Positions 9,548-18,869 of a stretch of 64,000 nucleotides of DNA are shown in pieces. Below the pieces are notes generated by a model, which searched no databases, had not been told where the DNA came from, and worked only from the letters and a program-made list of their open reading frames with translations. The DNA comes from Planctomycetota bacterium. GTDB lineage: Bacteria; Planctomycetota; GCA-002687715; DRQF01. The position numbers and the translations under genes were made by a program. How positions within the stretch are numbered: the stretch's first letter is position 1; the number at the start of each line of letters is the position of its first letter. The DNA lies in NCBI GenBank assembly GCA_036479435.1, contig JAZGFI010000103.1:160673-224672 (forward strand), written 5' to 3'.

Positions 9548-12316
9548 CTACTTGGATGCCGTCTTCGGCACCTTGGTCTTTTCCTTGGAGATCTTCGAAC
9601 TCGATCCGGTGCCGAAGTTCTGAGTCCAATAGAACCCGTTCTTTGCTTTCCCGCAGCCCAAATGGGTGTGGCGGCGCCCCAAGATGTTGCGGTGGTGACC
9701 CGAGCTATTGATCCAACCCGTGACGACGGCCGCGGGACTTCGTTGACCTTGTGCGATGTTCTCAGCGATGCCGCCGCCCCACCCGGCCAATTGTCCGCGT
9801 TGAGACGGCGTGCGACGTGACGGCGTCGGCGAGTTGTGAGCAAAGTAGCCGAGGTCTTTCATTTCTTGACTGTGGCCCCTTGCCGCCAGCACGAGGGCTT
9901 CATCAATCTTCAGCGGCAACAAGCCCATCTGCATCCGGTAGACATTGGTGAGTCGGTGCGCTTCGCGCTCTTCTTTGCTCACAGAGCTTTTGATCTCAGC
10001 GTTGAACTTGAGCACCTCATTACGACGCTTTTTGCGCGCGGTCGACCAGGCGGCGTCCTGCAGCGCCAAGACTTCATTGGCGTCCTTCATCAGCGCCGCC
10101 GCAGCAGAGCCTGCACCTTGATCGCCGAGCCGAGACTCCAGATCTTGAATCGACTCGTTAACTTCTCGCCATTTGTCGTCGTAGTCGAGCAAGGCCTGCG
10201 CGGGTTCTTCCCAAATCTTGCGGACTTTCTCTCTCAATCCGTTGACCTCAGCCTGAATCTCGTCGCCATTGGCGGCGTAGGGATAAGGGTAGCGCTTGGC
10301 GTCGTAGATCAGATCCAAAGCTTCTTCGCGGCGTCCTTCGAGAGCCTTCAACAACTTGCGTCTAGCCCCCGCGGGCGACTTAAACATTTTGAGGCTTCGC
10401 GCCTGAACAAGGGCGAAAGTCAGGCGATCCTTGAGCCCCAGTTTGAGCGCATCCCTACCGTCCGCCCCGAGGGCTTTTAGTTTCTGAACCAAGACCGCGA
10501 ACTCCCGGCTTTGGGCCCGGGGGATTTTTTTGCCCAACTTTTTGGCTTCAACCCGGCGGGCGACGCCGCGGTACTCTTTTGGGGTGTAGAAATGGCCATC
10601 GTAGAGCTTGAAGCCCTCCGTCGGGACTTCGATCCCGCGGTGAGCGGCAAGGACCCGATCGACGCCGGCGCGATGCTCTGATCTTTTAGCCGCGCGCGCC
10701 AACATCACCTCGGCTCGTTCGTTTTGCCCCAAGTCGAAAGCGACCCGACCAAAATGAATCTTGTCTTCGGGGGTCCGCGCCGCCTTGGCAAAGAACTCGA
10801 TCATCCGATCCAAAGTGAGATCTATCCACGTCCAGGTCACGATGCGCGAGCGGCCGAACTTGAGCTCGATCTTGTCTTCATCCGCCGCGAATGGCGCTGC
10901 GGTCAAACGACCGATGCGGACACTCTTGAGCGCCCTATCTTCGTCGTTAATGCCAATGATCACCGCCGCCTTGAGTCTGGTGTAGGAACCCAGCAAATCC
11001 CGCCGCAGGCCCCAGGATGTCGACAAGCTTCGGTCTTCAATCAATCCAATAGCCCGCTCGTAGTTGTCGGCGGCGTGGCGCCAATTGCGTACGGCAACTT
11101 GACCTTCCGCTTTGGAGACCAAAGCCAAAGCCTCGGCGGCCGTTCCAGTGAGCTTGACCGCACCGCGGCGGCGAGAACGGGTTCGCGTGGGCGAATCGCT
11201 GGCTGCGGTCGCGGTTTCAGTCTTGGCGGCGACGACCCGGCGCAATTCCAATGTTCGCAACTCCGAACGCGCGAGAGACTCGAAATGGGTGCCGCGATAG
11301 TCTCGGCGCTTTTGCTCCAACAGCATTCGTGCGCTTTCCCAAGTCCCGCCGAGACGATCGAGGCCAGCGCGCACTTGCTCCCAGTCATGGCGAGCTTGCT
11401 TCAAGACATTGAGCCTGCGACGAGTACTTTCGAGCTTTAGTTCTCCGGCGCCAGCGACATCGGCTTCAAGCCCGAAGGCATCGTAGAGTTCCAAGGCGTC
11501 GCCAAACTTCCCCGCCGCTACCCGCTGCGCGGCGAGTTCAGAGACCTCGCCGAGTTCTGTTCGAAAGCGCCGCTCGACCCGTCCCACCCAATGGCGCCGG
11601 AGATCTTCAATCTGGCGGCGCGTGGCCGGGAGTCGCGCTTGGCGCGAAAGTTCGACTAACTCGAATTCGAGGTCGTCGAGCGGCAAAGGCGTGGTTCCCT
11701 GTTGCAGTTCTAAGAGTTTGGAGAGCAACTGCTTGTCGGCGACCGCGGCGTCAGATTCAGGTTCGCCGACATCAGATCCCAGACTCTCTAGATCTCCGCG
11801 CTCGGACCCTGTGCCACTTAGACTCGTCGTATCCTCATGGCTTGATTCAATGACTTTCGACGGTGAGCCGTCCTTGCTCTTGTCGTTGAAGAACCAAGTA
11901 CCTGCGAGCGCACATAAGAGCAGCCCAAAAACCAAGGGCATCACGGGGAGCTTTCTTGATCGCGACGGGACCGTCGGCGATTCCCCGGCGGAGCGTTCAA
12001 CATCCTCGTTGGGATTCGCTGCCGCCGAGGCTTCGAGGCGCAGCCAAAAAAACAGCTCGTAGTCACCGATGACGATGCAGTCGCCATCGGCGAGGCGCTT
12101 TTGCGAAACAGCATTGCCGTTCACTAGGACGCCATTCGACGACCCAAGATCCACAAGCCGCCAGCTGCCGCCTTTGAATTCAATTCGTAGATGTTGTCTC
12201 GAGCAGCGGTGATCATTCAGAACGATGTCTGAACTCTCATCGCGACCTACGATTTGTAGTTTCGAAAGCGAAACAACTTGGGAGTCGCCGTCGTGACGAA
12301 CCTCGAGAAATGACAT
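9548..12316 (-). CDS. FHA domain - transmembrane - helical region - CAP (SCP-like) domain protein
   Basis: N-terminal VGRD...CSRQH...DLGSSNG (FHA); TM VMPLVFGLLL; C-terminal AARGHS...YFAH...ENIA...WINSSGHHRNIL...YWTQNF (CAP). Confidence 0.85.
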   Translation of the reverse strand: MSFLEVRHDGDSQVVSLSKLQIVGRDESSDIVLNDHRCSRQHLRIEFKGGSWRLVDLGSSNGVLVNGNAVSQKRLADGDCIVIGDYELFFWLRLEASAAANPNEDVERSAGESPTVPSRSRKLPVMPLVFGLLLCALAGTWFFNDKSKDGSPSKVIESSHEDTTSLSGTGSERGDLESLGSDVGEPESDAAVADKQLLSKLLELQQGTTPLPLDDLEFELVELSRQARLPATRRQIEDLRRHWVGRVERRFRTELGEVSELAAQRVAAGKFGDALELYDAFGLEADVAGAGELKLESTRRRLNVLKQARHDWEQVRAGLDRLGGTWESARMLLEQKRRDYRGTHFESLARSELRTLELRRVVAAKTETATAASDSPTRTRSRRRGAVKLTGTAAEALALVSKAEGQVAVRNWRHAADNYERAIGLIEDRSLSTSWGLRRDLLGSYTRLKAAVIIGINDEDRALKSVRIGRLTAAPFAADEDKIELKFGRSRIVTWTWIDLTLDRMIEFFAKAARTPEDKIHFGRVAFDLGQNERAEVMLARAAKRSEHRAGVDRVLAAHRGIEVPTEGFKLYDGHFYTPKEYRGVARRVEAKKLGKKIPRAQSREFAVLVQKLKALGADGRDALKLGLKDRLTFALVQARSLKMFKSPAGARRKLLKALEGRREEALDLIYDAKRYPYPYAANGDEIQAEVNGLREKVRKIWEEPAQALLDYDDKWREVNESIQDLESRLGDQGAGSAAAALMKDANEVLALQDAAWSTARKKRRNEVLKFNAEIKSSVSKEEREAHRLTNVYRMQMGLLPLKIDEALVLAARGHSQEMKDLGYFAHNSPTPSRRTPSQRGQLAGWGGGIAENIAQGQRSPAAVVTGWINSSGHHRNILGRRHTHLGCGKAKNGFYWTQNFGTGSSSKISKEKTKVPKTASK

Positions 12317-12509
12317 GCGTAGTCTCAGGGTGCCCAGGTGCGAATTTAGGATTGGGACTGGCCCACATTCAACTTGGCCAGCGGGTCGCTTACTTATCCT
12401 AACAGTTAGCGGGCAGGCTCTGTTCGCGGAATCTGGGCGGCCAAGGACATTCGGCCAAAGGTGTAAAGGCAACTTGACAAGATCGAGCCATCGAGAAGTT
12501 TGAGGCGAA

Positions 12510-13016
12510 TCAATGAGTCAGTTGAAAGCGAATTTGGAGGAAAAGGTGATATCCAAACAGCGCCCCGTAAAAGCCCGTCAAGATGTAAAGGGCCTGTGTC
12601 ACGTAGGGGAATGTCTTGTGAACCAGCAAAAAGAGCAAGCACAAGCCGACCGCGAATGACTTGGCAAACAAAAACCAATCGTCACCGAGGTCGAGTAAGC
12701 CGCGCGCAACGGGGTTCGCCTCGTAGCCACCTTTGCCAAGGTAGTTGAGGGTGAAGAGCGCGTCGAGGATGTTGAGGAAGAGCACGAGGGCCACGAGGCC
12801 GATCTCGCGCCGACCGTAGACATCGACATAGATGGCGTCGCCTTCACCGTGGCGCCGGCCGCGCTGTCGTTGACCACGACCGAAGAGAGCCGCGAAGAAT
12901 GTTGTCGGCTGATCGCGGCGATCCTTCGTGTTGCGGCGCTCGCTGTCGGACCAGGACCGAGCGGCGTCGTCCTTTCCCTGCGAAGCCAGATCATGCGTTC
13001 TAAGTTCTTGCGTCAT
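12510..13016 (-). CDS. DUF5658-like membrane protein with N-terminal ERRxxxDRR motif
   Basis: LNILDALFT...GGYEANP, three TM helices, ERRNTKDRR. Confidence 0.7.
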   Translation of the reverse strand: MTQELRTHDLASQGKDDAARSWSDSERRNTKDRRDQPTTFFAALFGRGQRQRGRRHGEGDAIYVDVYGRREIGLVALVLFLNILDALFTLNYLGKGGYEANPVARGLLDLGDDWFLFAKSFAVGLCLLFLLVHKTFPYVTQALYILTGFYGALFGYHLFLQIRFQLTH

Positions 13017-13218
13017 CGACCCCGCCGTTCTGTTGCGACCGCCCATCTAGGGCACGGTCCAGTATCCACTGGGCTTTTTTCGGCGAAACTCGCGAGCTGT
13101 CTCCATGCCGAGTAAAAATGCAGGAAATAAAGCCCAGATCTCATGGCAAGGTGGCTCAAAACCCGATAACTCTTGTCGGAACTCCACATTGGAAGCCTCG
13201 AGAGCCAAAGGATACCGG

Positions 13219-14214
13219 ATGAAAGATCAAAACAGCGTTGTCCTCGCGCACTACGACAGCGATGCCTTGTCGACTTGGCGCGACGAGCTCGAGATTGAGG
13301 GCTTTGCGGTCCAAGGGACGACATCCGGACGAGATGCCCTCGCCCGTGTCTCCCAAAGCGGACCCGATGCGCTCGTTCTCGACGCTCTCTTGCCGAAAAT
13401 GAACGGTCTTCAGGTCCTCAAAAACCTGAAAGATGAGGCCGGAGGAGCCGGCGCTGGCCCGGTCGTCGTCATGGTTTTGGATGAAGGTGACACCTATACC
13501 GAAAACCGGGCCCTCATTTGCGGTGCCGATGCGATCGTCAAACGCGACGGAGCGGGCCGGGTGCCGCCCGGTGCGCTCGGCGCCAAGATCCGCAGCTTGA
13601 TCGCCGAACAAGGACTCAACGCAGGATTGGATACCCCGGCCAGCAGTGGTGACAAAGACCTGAAGAAGATCCTCGAAACCGCTGCGGATAACCTCAGGAC
13701 AGAAAATCCCATCCTCGCCCACATCACGGACGAGCTAACAGGCCTGTTCAACGCCGACTATCTTGGACTCAAGGTCGCCGAAGAATTCAAACGATCGCGG
13801 CGCTTTGCCATTCCCCTGGCGGTCGTGCAACTCCAGCTCAAAAGTGCCAAAAAACCCGAGGATTCCGACCGTGGATGGCGACACGCGTTGAATGAGGTCG
13901 CGGGGCTTTTACTCTGCGAATCAAGGGATATTGACGTCCTGGCTCGCCCCGGCCTCGACCGCTTCGCGATGCTCTTGCCCCATACCCCCGAAACGGGTGC
14001 CACGGCCATGATCGAGCGAATTCTGGCCTCTCTGGCCGAACGTGAACTCACCGTGGGCGACAACGAGAAGGTTTTTGCTTCCGCGGGACTCGCCCAATAC
14101 TGCGGTGAAGGGCTTGAAAGCGGCGAGGAACTCCTGAGACAGGCTGAACAAGCACTCGAATCAGCTTGGCGAGATGGTGGCTCCTGCTTGAAAACATGGA
14201 CTTCGGCGCCTTAG
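13219..14214 (+). CDS. Receiver (REC-like) + degenerate GGDEF domain protein
   Basis: PDALVLDALLPKMNG; TDELTGLFN; RDID-VLARP-GLDRF in place of RxxD-x5-GGDEF; AAGGA RBS before ATG 13219. Confidence 0.85.
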   Translation: MKDQNSVVLAHYDSDALSTWRDELEIEGFAVQGTTSGRDALARVSQSGPDALVLDALLPKMNGLQVLKNLKDEAGGAGAGPVVVMVLDEGDTYTENRALICGADAIVKRDGAGRVPPGALGAKIRSLIAEQGLNAGLDTPASSGDKDLKKILETAADNLRTENPILAHITDELTGLFNADYLGLKVAEEFKRSRRFAIPLAVVQLQLKSAKKPEDSDRGWRHALNEVAGLLLCESRDIDVLARPGLDRFAMLLPHTPETGATAMIERILASLAERELTVGDNEKVFASAGLAQYCGEGLESGEELLRQAEQALESAWRDGGSCLKTWTSAP

Positions 14215-14509
14215 TCGAGACGGCCGACAGAGCCGAAGTCATTGGCAGCATGGGCTTTGAGAATCGATGCGGATGGTTATTTCCTTCAAAGTTGCATTGA
14301 CCTTCACCTTCATAGGGTTAGCATCCGATTGATACGGTGTGCGACCGTCAACGGGGAAGGGAGACCTGTCCACCCAATTATTGGGTTGGGCGAGGCCTAA
14401 GTGTGTTGCCGCGGCTCATGGCGAGATAGGGCTCGGATCATCCGGGGCCGAACGTAGGTCATGAAAGCCGGGACGACGGGTGGTGGGTACCGCCCATGGA
14501 GAACGATCG

Positions 14510-15001
14510 ATGTCCATCCTTGCCAAAGCAGTCCTTACTGCCACGAATTCCAAGACTTGCTGCTTGGCGCTGCTCGTTTTGGGCCTCGTCTCTTTGATGG
14601 CTTGGAAGGGCCTTTCTGACGCATCGGCGGCGACGCCTGAGCCTGATGTCGTTAGGTCCTCAGCCGCCGAGGCGGTCAAGGTGACCATCGTCACGAGCAG
14701 CCAGGTCTACTATCCCTCGACCATCAAAAAGAACGCCAAGTTCAAAAAGCCCGCCGTCCTTTCGACGAGCACGGTCTTTGACTCCATTGCCGAATGGAAG
14801 ACCATCAAAAAGAAGAAACTCAGCGACAAAGACGCTGAGTATCACTTGTTGCTCAAAAAGGCGAACGACAAATTCGCCAAGGCCCTGAAGACGGTGCAGC
14901 GTGACGGCTCCTACGACATCATCGCGGAGACCGGTGCGATCACCTGCAAGGGCTGCACCGCAAAAGACGTCAACAAAGACCTCGTCGACGCTCTCCCCTA
15001 A
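14510..15001 (+). CDS. Exported basic protein resembling a shortened OmpH/Skp
   Basis: Signal/TM segment; C-terminus ALKTVQRDGSYDIIAE...DVNKDLVDAL resembles the Skp core; GGAG RBS. Confidence 0.45.
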   Translation: MSILAKAVLTATNSKTCCLALLVLGLVSLMAWKGLSDASAATPEPDVVRSSAAEAVKVTIVTSSQVYYPSTIKKNAKFKKPAVLSTSTVFDSIAEWKTIKKKKLSDKDAEYHLLLKKANDKFAKALKTVQRDGSYDIIAETGAITCKGCTAKDVNKDLVDALP

Positions 15002-15016
15002 GCTCAGAGCCACGAC

Positions 15017-16363
15017 TTGAACCTGCACATCCCGGGATCTTCACTTCGACTTCGTTCGCCATGGGAGCTGGCTCTTGCCGCTCTTATCGTCGCGACCCTC
15101 GTGACTATTTCTGCCTGCACCTCTGGAAGCGCCGACGATGTCAGTGACATCTTCAACGCGTCGGTCACCTTCGATGATCTCGGCGATTTCGAACTCGCTA
15201 TCGACAGTGGCAACACCGGGTGGGATTACCCCGATTTCGAAAACGCCGACGGCACCATCACCCGCGTCTTTTGGCTCGGTGAGGGCGAAGCCGTTCAGTT
15301 CAAAAAGCTCATTGCTAGCTCACCGGAAGTCGTCGAGAAATCCGTGATAGTCGGCGATGGTCCGAAACTTCCCAAGCAAAAAACGCGGCGATCAACCGAC
15401 GGCAAAATCGAAAGCGGGTTCACCGGAGCCACGCCTTTGGAGTCCATTACCCTGCGCGGTTCTGTGGACAAAGTCGACAACGTCACCGACCTCATCGTTG
15501 CCGTCCAAAAAAGCATTGCCCAGATCGACATCGGAATTCGGGTCGTTGAAGTCACCGAGAACGACACCCTCAGTTTCGGTTTCGACACCAACTTCTTGTC
15601 CGTCGAGGACAACCCCGACAGTCCTACGCGGACCTTCTTCAACGCCGCGGGTACGCTTTTAGGCTTACCGGAGATTCCCGGTCGCGGTGGAACGTTCAAC
15701 CCGGGGACCACGACTCCCCTGCTCATCGATCTGGGGACGATCACCAAAGGCGTTCAAGTTGACTTTTTGATCCGCGCCCTCAAGTTATTCTCTCGCTCGG
15801 ACATCCTGTCAGCTCCCCACATTGCCGTCTTAGACGGCCACACGGCCTCCATCTTGGCCGGTGAAGAGATCCCGTTTTTGACGCCGAGCTTCAACACTTC
15901 TGGGTTTTCGAATGTGACCACCACCTTCAAGTCGGTGGGTATCAAGCTCTTTGTGACGCCTAGATTGCTCGGCCGCGACTTGATCCGCATCAACCTCACG
16001 ACTTCGGTCGAATCCGTCACCGGTGAATCGACCTTTGAGAGCAACGGCGTCACCGTCAGCAACCCGATCATCACCATCCGCGAAGCGACTACCGTCATGG
16101 ACGTCAACGATGGCGACACCGCCATCATCGGTGGACTGTTGACGCGCTCGAAGTTTGACAGCGAAAACCGAATCCCGGTGCTCGGCGAACTACCGATTTT
16201 GGACGTCTTGTTTTCCAGCCGTTCCAAACGCGTCACCCAAAGCAACCTGATCTTTTTCATCACGCCCAAAGTCATGGATCCAAGCAATGATCGGCGTCGA
16301 ATGATCACCCCGGTGATGCCCGCTTTAAAAACTGACGAAGAAAACAAAGACGGATCGAATTAG
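15017..16363 (+). CDS. Type II/III secretion secretin (GspD/PilQ-like), probable lipoprotein
   Basis: QIDIGIRVVEV, ILSAPHIAVLDGHTASILAGEEIP, VGIKLFVTP, IIGGL, IPVLGELPILDVLF, LIFFITP; lipobox ISAC. Confidence 0.9.
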   Translation: MNLHIPGSSLRLRSPWELALAALIVATLVTISACTSGSADDVSDIFNASVTFDDLGDFELAIDSGNTGWDYPDFENADGTITRVFWLGEGEAVQFKKLIASSPEVVEKSVIVGDGPKLPKQKTRRSTDGKIESGFTGATPLESITLRGSVDKVDNVTDLIVAVQKSIAQIDIGIRVVEVTENDTLSFGFDTNFLSVEDNPDSPTRTFFNAAGTLLGLPEIPGRGGTFNPGTTTPLLIDLGTITKGVQVDFLIRALKLFSRSDILSAPHIAVLDGHTASILAGEEIPFLTPSFNTSGFSNVTTTFKSVGIKLFVTPRLLGRDLIRINLTTSVESVTGESTFESNGVTVSNPIITIREATTVMDVNDGDTAIIGGLLTRSKFDSENRIPVLGELPILDVLFSSRSKRVTQSNLIFFITPKVMDPSNDRRRMITPVMPALKTDEENKDGSN

Positions 16364-16491
16364 AATCTTGGAAGCAAGGCGAGTTGGACGGCGTCAATAC
16401 TAAGACCGTCTGGCGCTGCCGTCTGCGTGCTCAAAGGAGAATGCTCGTGTCTTTGGCTCCGAAAGCTTCTAATCGCCGTTATTGCGCCCAA

Positions 16492-17706
16492 ATGGCCGCT
16501 CACCCTCATGAGCGTGGCTCAGCCCTCGTGCTCGCTCTGATTTCCGCCTTTTTGCTGCTCATCGTGAGTTTTGAGGTCGCCCACACCACTCGGATTGAGG
16601 GCTTCATCACTTTTAATATTGAGGATGAGACGAAACTCGAGGTGTCCTGCCGGGCCGGCCTCGAAAAGGCCTTGGCTGTCCTGCGGCAAGACCGGCAGGA
16701 AACCGAGATCGACTCGCAGAACGATTCTTGGTGGACGCTCATCGAAGATTCTGACTTGGTCGAAGAAGACGTCGGAAACGACGAATTCCTTTACGAAGAA
16801 GAACCCAACTACGGCTACGGTGACTCAGCCGAAAAGACCGTTCTCTACGTTCGTATTTTCGATGAAGCCGCCAAGTTCAATATCTATCTTCTGCTGGCGG
16901 ATGACCTAGATGAACAACGCAAAAGGCGGGAGCGTCTCGCGAACGTCATCGATCTATTCCGCGAAGACACCAACTTCGATCTCGGCTACAGCGAGGCTCG
17001 TGAAATCGCAGAGGATATCGAGTCCTATTTGAAGCGGTCGCCTGATCGGCCTTACGGCAACGCCCCGCTTCCCAAGTCCAAGGCTCCCGGCACGATTTTG
17101 ACCCTCTCAGAATTACTCTACGTCAACGCCATCACGCCTGAGATTCTATTTGATGTCATCGATGATGACCGGGAGAAGATTGTTCCCGGCCTCTTTCGAT
17201 TCTTGACGATTTGGTCCGACATGCAGACCAATATCAACACTTGCGAACTCCCGTCGTTAGCCGGTCTATTCAAGCCCGCCGATACGGTCCTCGCGGAACG
17301 CATCTACGAGTACCGGACTGAAGTTCAAGAAGAGAGTGATCGTAACGAAGACTACGGCAGTGATTTCGGAGACCAGTCTGATGAAGAAGAGGGAGACGAC
17401 GTCACCGGCGGTGCCCCCTTTACGCAAGTCAACGAGCTGAAGGAAAAGATTGATGGCTTGACTCAAGACATCTACAACGAAATCAGCCCCTATTGCACGG
17501 TGCAGAGCTCGGTTTTTTCGGTGTTCGTTACCGCCAAGCGTGGCTTGGTCCGGCGCACCAAGATGTACGTCGTAAGGCGCTCAGAATCGGGCTTTCGCCT
17601 GCTATTTGAGACCCTCGTCGACTTTCCTTACTTGATTTCAAACGAGTCGCTCAAGCAAGCCACAGAAGATGCGGAAACCTCCCGCGAGCAGCGAGATTCT
17701 CGCTAG
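16492..17706 (+). CDS. gspK: Type II secretion minor pseudopilin GspK-like
   Basis: ERG|SALVLAL prepilin-like site, IFDEAAKFNI, TLSEL, NINTC, PFTQVNEL; alternative start at 16441. Confidence 0.8.
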   Translation: MAAHPHERGSALVLALISAFLLLIVSFEVAHTTRIEGFITFNIEDETKLEVSCRAGLEKALAVLRQDRQETEIDSQNDSWWTLIEDSDLVEEDVGNDEFLYEEEPNYGYGDSAEKTVLYVRIFDEAAKFNIYLLLADDLDEQRKRRERLANVIDLFREDTNFDLGYSEAREIAEDIESYLKRSPDRPYGNAPLPKSKAPGTILTLSELLYVNAITPEILFDVIDDDREKIVPGLFRFLTIWSDMQTNINTCELPSLAGLFKPADTVLAERIYEYRTEVQEESDRNEDYGSDFGDQSDEEEGDDVTGGAPFTQVNELKEKIDGLTQDIYNEISPYCTVQSSVFSVFVTAKRGLVRRTKMYVVRRSESGFRLLFETLVDFPYLISNESLKQATEDAETSREQRDSR

Positions 17707-17784
17707 TTCGTCTGGCTCGGCCCCGCGGGCTTAAACAGCCGGTACTCCTAACGGCGATTGGCCGCTAGCGTCCCAAACGCTCGA

Positions 17785-17834
17785 TAGCGCCTGCAGCCCG
17801 AACGGCTGCTAGCGCCTGCGGCCCGAACGGCCGC
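17785..17834. repeat. Two tandem 25-bp hairpin-containing repeats
   Basis: tagcgcctgcagcccgaacggctgc / tagcgcctgcggcccgaacggccgc. Confidence 0.75.
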
Positions 17835-18714
17835 GCCCCTGCGATCGGCTCCCCTTTGAAGACGACGGCGAGCCAGACTTGCCACGACGCCGCTTGTGCT
17901 TTTGGTGTTCTGGTTTTCCGGAGGGATGATCGAGCTTCACTCGATGGCGGCGCGCAGGCGGCCCTGGTTGCACCACTCCGGCTTCACGACGAGCTTCGCA
18001 TTCGGACAAGAGGTCTTTGACTTCTTGGCGGCTGAGCACTCTGACGTCGCCCCGAGATATCCCCTTCACGCCCAAACTTCCGATACGAACGCGCTTCAAC
18101 TTCGCGACCCCATGGCCGAGTTTTGCAAACACGCGTCGCAGCATTCGGTTGCGACCTTCGCCGACTTTAACCATGACGTAACTGAACTGTTTGGAGCGCT
18201 TCTGCAACTTAACGTACAAGGCTCCGCTGCGACCTTCGGCCAACCACACGCCCTTTCGAGCCTTGTCGATAGCATCATTGGAAATCCAGCCGTGCACCTT
18301 CAGGGTGTAGACTTTTTCCAAGCCGTAGCGAGGGTGTGCGACCCGGTTCGCGAATTCGCCGTCGTTCGTGATGATAATGAGACCTTCGGAATCTTCGTCC
18401 AAACGCCCTACTGTGAACAGCCGGCGATGGCGGCGGTCGCGTACCAGTGAAACGACGGTGGGTCGGCCGTACTCATCGCGGTTGGTACATAGATAGCCGA
18501 CCGGCTTGTAGCAGAGAAAATAAGCGGGGTCTTCGCGCTGAATACGCTCGCCGTTGTAGCGAATGTCCTGTTTTTCGGCGTCAACCAGGGTGCCCATCGC
18601 TTTGACCTCCATGCCATCAACAGTGACATGTCCTTCCGCGATCAGCTCCTCGCAATGGCGTCGCGACGCGACACCCGCAGCGGCGAGCACTTTGTGCAGT
18701 CTTTCCATGGCCAT
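17809..18714 (-). CDS. RsuA/RluB-family rRNA pseudouridine synthase
   Basis: S4 domain RLHKVLAAAGVASRR, YKPVG, VGRLDEDSEGL, EGRNR; basic C-terminal tail. Confidence 0.93.
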   Translation of the reverse strand: MAMERLHKVLAAAGVASRRHCEELIAEGHVTVDGMEVKAMGTLVDAEKQDIRYNGERIQREDPAYFLCYKPVGYLCTNRDEYGRPTVVSLVRDRRHRRLFTVGRLDEDSEGLIIITNDGEFANRVAHPRYGLEKVYTLKVHGWISNDAIDKARKGVWLAEGRSGALYVKLQKRSKQFSYVMVKVGEGRNRMLRRVFAKLGHGVAKLKRVRIGSLGVKGISRGDVRVLSRQEVKDLLSECEARREAGVVQPGPPARRHRVKLDHPSGKPEHQKHKRRRGKSGSPSSSKGSRSQGRGRSGRRR

Positions 18715-18869
18715 TTCGAGGTCTCAAATCAATCCGGGAGTGGTTCTGGGAGGCCATGCTCCGTCCTCAACCGCCCCCAATCAAGGGTTTGCTGCCAGAA
18801 GGCGGCCCGAAAGGGGGAGAATTGTTAAGTATTGCGTTGGTGATTGAGGAATCGGACTGATGACCCCGT

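Noticed and set aside
13141..13170. Sigma-28 promoter before the GGDEF gene (CCCGATAA); similar ACCGATAG near 24500
   Set aside because: Plausible -10 box but no -35 at the correct spacing.
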